From positions 9,674,001 through 9,738,000 of the forward strand of contig NC_045697.1 in the NCBI RefSeq assembly GCF_009834535.1: DNA of 64,000 bases. The letters run 5' to 3'. Every line of letters starts with the position of its first letter. Positions within the stretch are counted from its first letter, which is position 1. Position numbers and translations under genes: made by a program. This document shows positions 13,780 to 25,029 of this stretch, piece after piece. The DNA comes from Camelus ferus (taxonomy: Eukaryota). Under the pieces are notes generated by a model, which was not told the DNA's origin, did no database searches, and worked only from the letters and a program-made list of their open reading frames with translations.

Positions 13780-13925
13780 GAAACAGGAAGTACTCTTATC
13801 CTCCGTTTACAGATGAGTAAATCATGGCACAGAAAGGTTCTGTTTCTTGTCCAAGGTCACACAGCTAGTAAGTGGCAGAATAAGGAAGTTTCCTTTAGAC
13901 CCATGTGTTTTTTTTTAACTACTTC
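13780..13925 (-). mobile_element. MIR SINE
   Basis: tttacagatgagtaaatcatggcacagaaagg...tccaaggtcacacagctagtaagtggcaga. Confidence 0.8.
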
Positions 13926-14744
13926 TAGACAGTGACTTAGTAAGAGAATTCCATAAAAAACCATTAGTTAGTGCTTTATAATTCTGAGTAGCTTGCTATG
14001 ATTAGACTGAGGGGTTGGCCACAATAAAGTCACTTCCCTGGAAGCTGGGTAAGGGAGACTTTCTTAAAAGGGCAACAGTGGGTGGGGGTGAGGGGTGGGA
14101 GGGAGTACCTGATACAAATACTCTGGGAAAGAGACAAGAAATCAGAAAGTAGACAGAGCCCAGGATAGTCTCCCACCCTGGGAGACCCAGACCTCTGGTT
14201 CTGGACCACAGAATAATCAAGATGTCTCAAGCCTATCTCTTTATCCTGGGGAAAGGGGTGGGGGGTGGGTTGCCAGTCAACTGTGAAGAGGTTCCCTCCA
14301 GGAAGCAACAGGACTAGAGAGACAGGACTGGACTGCCGCACCAGCTGTTTGGGACTTAGAGGGCAAGGCTCCCAAGGTAGGATTAGGAGCAAATCAAGGC
14401 TTGTGTATCTGGAACCAAAGAGAAAGACAAAGGCTGTGGCAGGAGCAGGAAACTGCATCCGGCCTCCCCAGACTTGGTTTAATCCTTTTTTTCACTTCTT
14501 TTTGTATTTGTTTTTGCCTCTGTATTTGGTATGTTTTGTTTGTTTTAATTGTAGTAAGTTCAAATATGCTTAAAAGAATTAGGAGAATGGACTTGTGGCC
14601 ACACACCGGCCAGAATTTAAAAGGGGTGAAAACAATATGTGCCCACTAACCCTGCCATGTGCAGTGGTGGTGGCAGCTGAGTCACAAAGCATGGTCAAGA
14701 GGAAGGGACAGGTCCTTCAGATTAGCTTGGTGTCCCTGGATTGG

Positions 14745-14900
14745 TCTTCTACCCTTTTAATGGGCACATACCAAATCACCAAGACACCTGGTTAAAACGC
14801 ATGCTGACTCTGCTTCAGGAGGTCTGGGTGGGGCTGTTGCCAGGTTCCCTTATGGCGTGGCTGCTCCTGGTCTGCAGCCCTGACCTAGAGCAGCAAAGTC
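14745..14900 (+). mobile_element. MER5A/MER5A1-like hAT-Charlie MITE
   Basis: aatcacc...gttaaaacgca...aggtctgggtggggc...gctcctggtctg...gagcagcaaag. Confidence 0.55.
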
Positions 14901-15232
14901 CTAGGAAGGGGCCAGCCCCTGAAGCTCTGGGCCACTAGTCAGGTATGATTTAGTGTGAAAATGCGAAGAGGAGATAAAGCCCAGCATGCTGTTTCTGGGG
15001 AAGAACGCATCCCTTCAAACAAAACCTGAAAGCTCTTGGGGAGACCACTGCAAAGAGAACGGTTGGGAAGAAAGACACCTGAACATTTTCACTGAGAACT
15101 TTAACTTCTTTTGGTAAGGTTCAGTATCCTTTAGGAATGACCAGAAGCCCCAGGTGTGTCTGGTACAGCTCCTGCCTTTCCAGGGTGTTTGAAACTCCCA
15201 TCATGAGGAAACATAACCAGGTTTTATTAAGA

Positions 15233-15490
15233 CAGCATTTCCTCAAGTATGCCTGGCTCAAAATAGTTGTTCCAAGGTGTTAATTGATGCTGTACAAAAA
15301 AATGAGTGTTCTGTGATGGAATTAATTAGGGAAACACTGACTCAACAATAAAGTTGGACACATTACTTTACTGCGGGAATCTTCAGAGCATGTCCATGGT
15401 AATTAACTAAGATGGAAACATGACATACAGCATTCCCTGATCTTGTCTGACTATATAAACCTCTTTTTCTGTCCAGAACACTCCTTCTCT
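15233..15490 (-). mobile_element. MER103C-like hAT-Charlie element
   Basis: cagcatttcc...gggaaacactg...ctttactgcgggaatcttcagagc...cagcattccc. Confidence 0.55.
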
Positions 15491-15780
15491 TTATTAGCAA
15501 TTAAATAAGTGCCAATTACATCAAGGAAATGCTGGGGGTGGGGAGGTTCCTTATTTCTTTCAGCAGAGATCTTTTTTTTGAGTATTCAATATGGGTAGCA
15601 GGGCAGTGAAATGAACACTCCTGTACCACTGATGTGGATTTAAATTGGTGCGAGCCTCTTGCAAAGTGCTTTGGAAGAATGAAGAAAAAGCAATAATAAA
15701 TTTTATAAACTTTTAAACAATACATTAACTTCTGTAATTGTATAGATTTTTTAAATGACCCCAAGTAGAAAGGTTTTCTT

Positions 15781-15905
15781 AGATAAGCAACGAGGATATA
15801 CTGTAGAGCACAAGGAATTATAGCCATTATCTTACAGTAACCTGCAAAAATACCAAATCATGCTGTACACCTGAATCTAACAATATTGTCGAACAACTAT
15901 AGTTA
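15781..15905 (+). mobile_element. Short young L1 3'-terminal fragment
   Basis: agataagcaacgaggatatactgtagagcacaaggaattatagcca...gctgtacacctgaatctaacaatattgt; similar to the 3'UTR at about 34170-34335. Confidence 0.75.
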
Positions 15906-16004
15906 ATTGTTTATAGTTAAATTGTCTATGATAGTGTTCCTCAATGTAATACTACAAAGCCATTAAAAATGTCTATGAGATACAGAAGTGTGCTTACGTT
16001 ATTA

Positions 16005-16465
16005 TGGGAGAGTGACTGCAAACTCAAAATACATTTCTTCACCCCTCTTTCTGTCTCTGACCGTTGCAATGCTAACCTTTTCCCATGAGCCGTGGAAGCG
16101 ACCTGCCCAGCCCTGGAATCCAGGCTGGCCTGGTGACTTGCACAGGCAATAGCCACAGTGGCGATAATCATGCTCCATTTCTGCACCCAAGCCTCTTGTG
16201 CTTCTGCTCTCTCTCTCGGAATGTTGCCACCATCACACATACAAGTCCAGGCTGGCTTCCAGGAGGATGAGAGACCAAGTGCAGGAGAGCTGTGAATCCC
16301 AAACAGATGAGATTACCCTGCCAAGATCAACTGGTGGCAGACTCACGAGTAAGCTCAGTTGAGACCAGACTGAAGAATCTTCCAGCCAACCCCTGGGCTT
16401 ATTAGCAATCATAAATGGTTTTTATTTTAATCCGCTGAGTTTTGGGGGTGGCAATAGACAACTGC
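16005..16465 (+). mobile_element. MaLR solo LTR (MLT1G/H-like)
   Basis: ccctggaatccaggctggcctggtgacttgc...ataaatggtttttattttaatccgctgagttttgggggtggcaatagacaactg. Confidence 0.65.
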
Positions 16466-17279
16466 TAGAGCTATAATATAATATAAAAGGAAAAAACACA
16501 GGATATAAAATTGCATCAATTAATAGGAAATAATTATAAAATAATTAGGGACCAAAAGGAAGTTGGTATAAATGAAAATGTAATGAATGTTTTAGGACAG
16601 CAAGCCTATTGAAATATTGATGTATTTTTCTTTACCTTTCTACTCCGTCTGCATTTCCACACTTCCCCTGATGTGTATGCATTACTGTCGTAATGTTTGC
16701 CTATCATAAAAATGGTTCACTTAAAATAATAATTTTGGAGTCTGATGTGTAGTTGGCACCTGCCGGCCACTCTGGGATCTACGCTGGTCTAAGGAAAAGT
16801 GTGTGTGTCCTGGAAATCATAAAATATTCTAGAGCCTGCAGGTGTTGTACTTTTTATTATGGTACATGCTTTCATAATTGCCAAATGCTCTAATATGATG
16901 CGACTCTTTCTGCTCTAAAATTGGTGGGTTTTTACAATTCATTCTGATTTGAGGCAGGAATGTGAGTATTAACCCTAAAAAGCTAGAAAAGTAACCACCT
17001 GAGAACTTGAGCCAACTTCCTTGTCACTAAATAACACATAACAGCAGTAATGCCCACGTCTCCTGCCTATGTCATTCAGAGACTTCTCACGCTAAATAAA
17101 GCTGAGCTTTCATCTTGAATGTTAGCTCTGGAAACACAGCAAGTATGGAGCAACCCCTGAACTGTTTACAGAGACAATAAAATGAGAAATACATCCTGTC
17201 AGGATAAAAGCTGCTTTATGGTGTCCCTCTTTGAAAGTTCGGCTAAAATTGAGAAGGATACTTTGTAGTTCCAGAGTAA

Positions 17280-17400
17280 CTTTCATCCCAGCATCTGAAA
17301 GCATTTTATTGACATACACCTTTAATTTACACAACCTCCTGAGGGTAAGTAGCCAGTTTTACTGTTCCCATTTTACAGGTAGAAAAAACAAGGCAGAAAG
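17280..17400 (-). mobile_element. MIR fragment
   Basis: cacaacctcctgagggtaag...cccattttacaggtagaaaaaacaaggcaga. Confidence 0.6.
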
Positions 17401-17416
17401 ATACCAGAAAAGGATA

Positions 17417-17500
17417 TGTAGTAGTTAAATGTCTTTGGCTGCAAGCAACAAAAAATGGTTGGCCAATATAAGCCCCCCCAAAAGTATATACACATATACA

Positions 17501-17558
<58 letters not shown>

Positions 17559-17870
17559 TTATATGATGTGAGAAAACACATGACTATGAAGAAAGGAAAC
17601 TGTATAGTCCAGGTCCCAAGGCTCCTGGAACCAAGGGGAAGCCTCTTCAGGATGCTGGTGTCAATGAAGCAGCCACAGCCATGTCTCATTACTATGTCAC
17701 TCCATTCAAAAGCCAAACTCTAGAGGCACAACACCTGACCCCTCTAGTCTGGATCTCAGGCCAACCCTGTGAGTGTTACACAACGTGGTTGAGGGGTAAT
17801 TCCTAAAAGGAAACTCAAAAGAAAGAAAGTGAATGTTGGACAGGCCAAAAACTACCTATGCATGTTATAG
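17417..17870 (-). mobile_element. Old MaLR LTR (MLT1K-like) containing a GATA microsatellite
   Basis: tgtagtagttaaatgtctttggctgcaagcaacaaaaaa resembles the antisense MLT1J/K terminus. Confidence 0.45.
17501..17558. repeat. (ATAG)n tetranucleotide microsatellite, about 14 perfect units
   Basis: Read directly from the sequence. Confidence 0.98.
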
Positions 17871-18259
17871 GATGGATGAAAATAAAGGAAAGCTTTTACA
17901 GATTTCTGCCGGCCTATCACTCTGCCCTTCCTGGAATCAACCAGAAGCTTCTGGAAGCCAGGGGGAAGGGTGTATCCTCGAACCTATCCCACAGCCCGCC
18001 ACAAGGTTCTGTTCAATAAAGGCTGAATTGATGCATGCATCATTTGGTGTCTGTGCCATCCTTGACAGAAATATTGAGGAGTGATTCTTGTGTACAATCT
18101 CTTTCCCACCAGTTTCCACACACTTCAACACTCCAGGCCATTTTCTGTTTGCAGACCCCTTCCCAGTGGGCAGTGACTGTTTTCCTACCCAACAAATCCC
18201 CCATCCTCTAGAGTTGTTCATCCCCAGGGATGTGTTCAGAACTAGTTGTAGGGTGGCCC

Positions 18260-18460
18260 ATCCAGGATTAGTTACATCTTAAATCTGAGGCCTCGTCTGC
18301 CTTAATTTTCTTGTTTGTCAAATAGGAATAGATAATGATTCTATTTCAGAGAGTTGTTATGAGGATTACTAGAAATATTTGTAAAGCACTTAGAGTCATC
18401 TTGGCACATACTAGGCACTGTGCGTTACCTTCTGTCACCATCATCATCATCATCATATTA
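18260..18460 (+). mobile_element. MIR SINE
   Basis: ccttaattttcttgtttgtcaaatagg...gttgttatgaggatta...gtaaagcacttagagtcatcttggcacata. Confidence 0.75.
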
Positions 18461-18569
18461 CCACTGTTCTTACAATGGAACACTGCATAAAACCACTGAG
18501 GTTTCAGGATTTATTTATGATAAGACTTGGCATTGCATTAATTAACCCATGTTTCTAAAGCTGAAATTT

Positions 18570-19075
18570 AGCCTGCTCAAAATCCTCCGATTTCTGCCCA
18601 TTAGCCTTGGGATCTAGTCCAAGGTTCCCTGGCTTTGGACCTGCTGAACATTCCAATCTCATCTTCTACCACTAAGGTCACACATTTCACCTCCAGTAAT
18701 ACCCAACATATAAATCCCCCACATCTAGGATTGTTCATACAACTTTCTGTCTCTGTCTCCCTGGTGTTTGGAATACCTTTCCTATTTTTTATCACAAATT
18801 TAGTTCATTTACCTCCAAGGATCACTTCAAGTACAATATACCCTAGAAAACCTTTCCTGCCACCACAGTTCAAGCTAAGTTCCCCTCCCTTTTTAGTTTC
18901 CCTCTATCTCCACATATAACAAATCACACTGAAATTCCTGATTATGTGGCAATCTGGTCTGCCTCATAGATTTCAAGGGAACACCATGAGGAGGGTCCAT
19001 GGCTTATCTACTGTGATATTCCCAGCCCCAAGCCTGTAGCCAGGGCTCCACATATGATTATTGAAGTTTGTACTG
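18570..19075 (+). mobile_element. Degenerate L2 fragment
   Basis: ctgctcaaaatcctcc...tccaaggttcc...aaacctttcctg...atattcccagccc. Confidence 0.5.
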
Positions 19076-19674
19076 AAATCTTTCTCATTCCAGCTGATTC
19101 ATTTGCAAGGCTAGTGGTCTATTTTCTTTGTTCACAAGGCATCTTCATTACTTAAAAGTATTCCCAGAAAGCCTTGAATTATCAAAGAAATCCAATCTTA
19201 GTCATCCAATCCCTTTCTCTCACTTGGATCATATAAGAATCCTAGACCTTACCAGATCCAGGAAAATGGTGGAGAGAGACTGGCATGGTAAGAAGAGAAC
19301 GGCCTTAGTTTTCATTTCCAGTCCCTAGTGTTGCTGTTACTGAATGTAAGGCCTTGCTCAGTCGTCAGGGACCACCATAAAGCGATGGTTGTGCTAGAAG
19401 CCCCCCTCCCTCTGGACCAGCTTGGCCACGGGAAACTTTGCCAGGGCTCCTGAGGCTACTGCACTTAAAACACTCAGGCCCAGGCCACCAGGATGGCCAC
19501 CACTGCCTTTCAGCTGGAGTAGTTCACTGAGCGTTCCCACAATCATGCCCTTGACGCAGTCCAACACGACCCAACCATCTCACTGATGGGGCCTCCAGCC
19601 TCTGCAAATCTTTAAAGAGGGCCTGTCTTCACTTAGACTATACTTCAGTGGGTCTGTACCTTCAAGTAAAAAAA

Positions 19675-19676
<2 letters not shown>

Positions 19677-19717
<41 letters not shown>
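19677..19717. repeat. (AC)n microsatellite, about 20 units
   Basis: Read directly from the sequence. Confidence 0.98.
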
Positions 19718-19719
<2 letters not shown>

Positions 19720-19894
19720 AGTTAGGGAGTGGCCTGCTCACTTATTTTTTTCAGCCCTGAAACCCAAAAAGGCTATTAATTGCCTTCATTAGGAGTCAAG
19801 AAAATTTAGATCTAAGTACCTTTCCTTTAATGTCAGTGTATCTACAGTAACATAAAAAAAGAGACACAGGTAAGTTTCTCTGCTAAGTCACCCA

Positions 19895-20160
19895 TTAGTT
19901 TTAACACCTACTATGTAACTTGTGCTAACAAGGTCTTGTCCACTGAGGAACTCATTGCATGACTGAGAAGACAGATGATCAAATAGAAAACCAGAGCATG
20001 GAGAGGTGCAGGTAAGGGTTGAGCTAGAAAGAAGTCCAAGATGAGGAACAAAGGCACATAGTAGGCACCTGGCTTAGCCTGGCCAATCGGAAGAGTCGAC
20101 AGCAGAGCTAAGCCTTAGAGACCAGAAGAAGCTGGTCAGGTGAAGTAGGGAGGCAGAGTG
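19895..20160 (-). mobile_element. L2 3' fragment
   Basis: aacacctactatgtaacttgtgcta...gaggaactca...gagaagacaga. Confidence 0.5.
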
Positions 20161-21199
20161 GGAGAGAAGTGGTGTGGTTTTTTTTTCCTTTCCATATAAA
20201 TTATATAAACATTCTTCCTGCTGTCAAGCAGAGGTTAAAAGGAAATCTAATTAAAGATCTTAAGCGTGAGAGTGACGTGGTGATGGGGCAGGCTGGAGGG
20301 AAGCCAGACCGGAGGCAGGAGGACCAGTTCCGAGGCTCCTTCTCTGCTTTCCTCCGGATGAGCTGTCCGCTAATTATAACCTGCCCATGAAGCCACAGGC
20401 CCAGCAGCCTGTGATGACACAGCACTAAGGGGTCCTTGCTTTTGCTGGGGTCCCTAATATGCTTCAGTTGAGAGAGGACTTGGCTTCCCCAGTTTCTAAT
20501 TCTTTCACAAAACCCCAGAATCCACCTGAGGTCTCAGCCCTGGAACGTCCGTGACCTGAGCTCTGATGCAGGAGTACCCCCATCACCGACAGTCTTCCCG
20601 GAGTGGGACCTAGAATGGAGCAATTAGCTGAAAGGAAAAACCCCACGGAGGCATGGAGTTCCCTTTGGCTGGAGCAGAGGGCGTGTGCCAACCACAACGG
20701 TGTGGCTTAAGGAACAAGGGTGCTCCTTGACCAACAAGGATTGGGCTTAAATTTATGGTTCTTTTGAGACTGTCAGAAGCCAGAATGAGTCACGCCCCAG
20801 TTTGGCCTGGGGGGAGGGGCAGGTGATGGGGTGTGAGTCACAGCGCAGAGAAGGACTTGCTGGCATGGGGCTCTAGAAGGACCTGCAGCCGATGGCGATG
20901 GCCTCTGGTTTCTCCCACGTTTCCTTTAAGATTGTGAGCTGAGCCGGGGTTACAGAAGGAACTGTACAGCGACCCCTTATTTATAGACTAAATAATTAGA
21001 GAAAAGAGAAAAACATGCCAGGAATAGGGCTGGCCCAGAGGAACCAGAACTTCAGGTAATTTTTTTTTTTAATTAATAAATGAAAAGTCAGGCTTTGTCT
21101 TTCTTCCCCAAAATGCAACGTGGTAACTCCATGTCACCGCAGGAAGTGTGATTTCTGGGCCCAGACTGGTCTTCGCTGAACTCCTGCTCTGTTCCCCTT

Positions 21200-21450
21200 G
21201 GCTACACAACTTCCCAGGCTAAAATCTCTCTGAGCCTTAGCTTCCTTTCCTATCGAATGGGTTTAAGCAACAGCACTAATGACAGCCACTACTGAACAAT
21301 GACTATGTGCCAGGCAATAAACATGGCGTCTTACTCACATCACCTCAAATCATTCTCATCCCCATTTTTAATAGTATATTCATTTTCAGGTTCCCGGGAG
21401 GATTAAATGAGGTAACACAGTGAAAGGGTCTCACTGCCTGGCACAACTTA
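21200..21450. mobile_element. MIR fragments in both orientations
   Basis: ctctctgagccttagcttcc, actatgtgccaggc, gaggattaaatgaggtaac. Confidence 0.65.
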
Positions 21451-22269
21451 GGGGCTGAATAGATACCATTTTTCTCTTAACCTCGAAGGAAGCCTAACTA
21501 TCTTGAGCCCTAGGTTTTCTCTGGACACTTTTACTTGAGTTTGGTTAAATCTGCACATGTCTCCCCAGGGGGGAAAAAACGCATGCCTTTTATTTTGATC
21601 ATTCTTGCACCATACTGCTTTATTTGCATTTTCTTCATTAATGTGAACTTCACACACATCATCCTTATTCTGATTTGGAATATGTGATAGCTTAGAACTA
21701 GCCCAGGACATAAGAATAAAAAGCTGCTCTGTTCAAGCAGGAAAGAGATTGGAATAACGCTGTTTTTAATTTACCTGTTACTGTGAGACCTTGAAGGTAG
21801 AAAGAGACAGATCATTTGGCTTTGCTAAAGTAACCTTCAGACTGTACAAATCACGTCCAGTTGGTACTGGAAGCAGGATTTAAATCCAGAGCCTAACAAA
21901 GGAGAGAGGGACAAGGAGGGAGAGGAGAGAAGCCTCTCCTTTGGCCAGCAGATTCCTCCTCATATGAAACAGGGATTCCTTAGGGAAGTCTTGTTTCTTA
22001 CAGAAGACATAGTTATATAATAATTTATATATTATATATTATTTGTTGATAATATACAGTATCTCCCCAAATTATATATAGTATCTCCTTAAAAGCAGGG
22101 GTGGTGGATTATTTTCAGTGAATTCTCCATGATAAATAATGTACAGAAATTGCTCCATGGATTGTTGATAATGAAGGAGGGAACAAGAGAGAAGACTGAA
22201 GTCCAGTTGTACTCAAGAACTGCTGATTCCTGTCTGCCCAGCAGCTGAGAGAGATATGAGACAAGCACT

Positions 22270-22410
22270 GGCTTCAGAATCACACAGTTCTTGGGTCAAA
22301 GCCAAGCTCTGCCACTGACTGACCTTGGACAACGCACATCACCTCTCTGAGCCTCCATTCCCTCACCTTTAAAATTGGGATAGTAATACCTCTGTGCTGT
22401 GCAGGATTAC
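22270..22410 (+). mobile_element. MIR SINE
   Basis: gggtcaaagccaagctctgccactgactgaccttggacaa...ctctctgagcctccattccctcacc. Confidence 0.8.
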
Positions 22411-22639
22411 GCCATCTGTATATATAATTCTCTCTCTCTCCTTGCCCCGCTCTATCCCTCCATTCATCCGTCCATCTATCAACTGATAAGCTAAGACTCT
22501 CAGAAATCTCACTCAGGAATTTGTTCCTCCCCCTCATCATCACTGTCTGTACCCTGCATCCATTTCAGCAACGTTATACAGAAGGTGGTCTGTTCACACG
22601 CCCCTAAGGTACACTGTGATAATGGATAGCTTAGGCTGG

Positions 22640-22990
22640 ATGATGCCATAGTGGCTAAGGACCTGGGCTCTGGAGGCAGTGAGCCTGGTCTTGACTCTTG
22701 GTTCTGTAAACAATTAGTCTTGTGACCTGGTAAGTTAATGAACTTCTCTGTGCCTCGACTGCCTCGTCTGTAAAAATGAAGACATAAAGCACTTAGAATA
22801 GTGGCTGGTTCATAGTCAATACTCACTGAATCTTATCACATATCTCTATTGCTGACCTCATTTTATAGACAAGTAAAGAGGCCCAGAGAGGCTGTGATTT
22901 GCCCAAGGTCACACAGCAAGGAATGAGGGCAGAGCATGTATCTTCTGCCTCAGCCATCATCTCTTCCTTGTCCACCACACAGCAAGGAGG
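22640..22990. mobile_element. Two adjacent MIRs (+ at about 22640-22830, - at about 22840-22990)
   Basis: tgtgacctggtaagtta...ctgtgcctcgactgcctcgtctgtaaaa followed by cattttatagac...gatttgcccaaggtcacacagc. Confidence 0.8.
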
Positions 22991-23639
22991 TGGGAGAAGA
23001 GGAGGAAGGTTCGTGGAGAGGAATGTAAGCAGACACAGCCTCGGGAACCGATGTGGAACTATGCCCAGTTCTGAGGCTGGATTGCTTGTAAGTTCCTGGA
23101 GCATAGGAACTCATCTAATTCACTTCATATTTTCTGTGCCCAGCAGTGTCTGGGCCAGAGTAAGCACTAAGGAAATATTTGTAGAATGAACTGATAAAGA
23201 AGTATACGAGAAAATTTAGGGATGGGGATAATAACAGTGTCAAGACTTTTGAACCCTGATGAGTGAGGGTTCAAAAGTCCAGTGGGTGGGGAGTATCCAG
23301 ATTTTTAGGGAAAGAGGGATAGCCAGCCTTGTCCTAGGAGAATCCAGCTCAGGTGCAACCTGTTGGAAAGAGAAGGGTAGACTGTCCTTGATTTTGAAGA
23401 TTGGGCCCAATACAGGGTATGTCCAGGGAGGGGGACAGATATGACTAAATTTACAGATCTCAGCAAGACCTTCCCCCTGACATCTTTCCTATACTTCCTT
23501 CCACTCAGGCCTGGAAAGGGTTTAGTAGAAACTGAGCAGAAATCAAATGGTTGGTTAGGAAGAGTAATTCCCTGAGTTGCCCAGGTGAGTTTTTTCATAG
23601 AAACACCTAAGTTCTCTTCTCATGCCAAGTTATAATAAT

Positions 23640-23850
23640 CATCATAGTTGTGCTTCACAGGGCATGTTCCTGATGTCATTGGAGCGCCCCCCCAAGGCTG
23701 CTACAAGATAGAAAAGACAGAGTCTGTTAGCCCCATTTCACAGGTGTGAACACTGAGGAATAAAAGAGTATGAGAGACATACTCAGGGATGAGGAGCAGA
23801 CTCTCACACAAGAACCAAATCCACACCCTGGCTTCTCCACCCATGTCACC
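23640..23850 (-). mobile_element. MIR SINE (degenerate)
   Basis: ccccatttcacaggtgtgaacactgagg. Confidence 0.55.
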
Positions 23851-24199
23851 CATGTTCTGGATGCACGTGTGGCATATCCCGTTGCCCAGGCACCTTTGGG
23901 AGCACGCGAGTCCCTCTCCCGACCTCACACCCCACCCCCTCCACCACCAGGTGTGAGAATCAGGGAGGACATGGGCTCTCCGTCTCCCAAGGTTGGAGGG
24001 AGTCATGATTTGAGCACAGCTGTGATGGCCCTTTGTGAACTAGGGGACATCTGGGTAGTCTAAGTGGTCAGGAGGATGGATTCAAGCTACTGTGCAGATT
24101 CAAACCCATTGTTGGCCCCATACTGACTGTATGGACTTGAGCAACTCACTCAACCTCTCAGGGTCTCAGTTTCTTTATATAGAAAATCATTGGAGATTC

Positions 24200-24370
24200 T
24201 AGCTCTGTTTAAAGAGTTCTCTGAACAATTAGAACTTTCCACGATGGTTAGGGCTGCCCCACCCGGTAATGAGTTCCCCATCACTGGAAGTTCGCAAGCA
24301 GACTAGTACAAACAAGCATCAGGTCTTAGGGAGGACGCTACGTGGGTGAAGTGACCACTAGATGATACTT
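24200..24370 (+). mobile_element. L3/CR1 LINE 3' fragment
   Basis: gggctgcc...gtaatgagttccccatcactggaagttcgcaagcaga resembles the CR1/L3 3' end. Confidence 0.65.
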
Positions 24371-24379
24371 GGCTAGGAC

Positions 24380-24525
24380 CACTGGTCCCCAAACCACCAA
24401 CTACATCAGAAAAGCCCAAAGGACATTTTCCAAATGCAGGTTCATTGGCCCCACCCCGGGGTACTCTGATTGCAAACATGTCAGATAGAGCTCAAAGACC
24501 TGGATTTTCCCTAGAAGGATCCAGG
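24380..24525 (+). mobile_element. MER5B-like MITE truncated by an MLT1 insertion
   Basis: catcagaaaagccc...aaatgcaggttcattggccccacccc...ctgatt. Confidence 0.5.
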
Positions 24526-24967
24526 TGTATTCGTGTGCTAGGGCTGTCACAACAAAGTACCCTGAACCAGGGGGCCTTAAACAACAGAAATGTATTGTCT
24601 CACAGCTCTAGAGACCAGGAGTCCAAGAGCAAGGTACTGGTGGTTTTGGTTTCCTCTGAGGGTGTGAGGGAGAATCTTCTCCACGTCTCTCTCCCAGCTT
24701 CCGGCAATTTAATGCCTCCAATCTTTGGCATTCCTTCGCTTACAGACCCGTCACCCCAGTCTCTGCCTTCATCTTTGCATGGCAGTCTCCCTGTGTGCTT
24801 GTCTGTCTCTGTGTCCAAATCTCCCCTTTTTATAAGTCATCATGGCTTTGGGCCCCCCCAGTACATTGACATCTGCAAAGACCCTATTTCCAAAGAAGGT
24901 CTCAGTCATAGGCACTGGAGGGGTTGGGACTTCAACTTCTTGTTGAACACCCAAGTCAGCCCATACC
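24526..24967 (-). mobile_element. MaLR solo LTR (MLT1B/C-like)
   Basis: tgtatt...agggctgtcacaacaaagtacc...ttaaacaacagaaatgtattgtctcacagctctagag...catctgcaaagaccctatttccaaa. Confidence 0.9.
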
Positions 24968-25029
24968 CCCAGGCAATTTATATGTGATGTACATGTGCAG
25001 TCAGGATGAAGGCCCAGGACTGTGCGGCC

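Larger units (their letters stand above)
15575..16720 (+). mobile_element. Fragmented old L1ME-type LINE hosting a young L1 tail and an MLT1 LTR
   Basis: gaacactcctgtaccactgatgtggatttaaattggtgc...tttgg and gtaatactacaaagccattaaaaat are typical old L1 3' segments. Confidence 0.5.

Noticed and set aside
17327..17716. 129-aa ORF with IYLS repeats
   Set aside because: The repeat is the translated (ATAG)n microsatellite.
24445..24987. 180-aa ORF
   Set aside because: Lies almost entirely within an antisense MLT1 LTR and a MER5 fragment.
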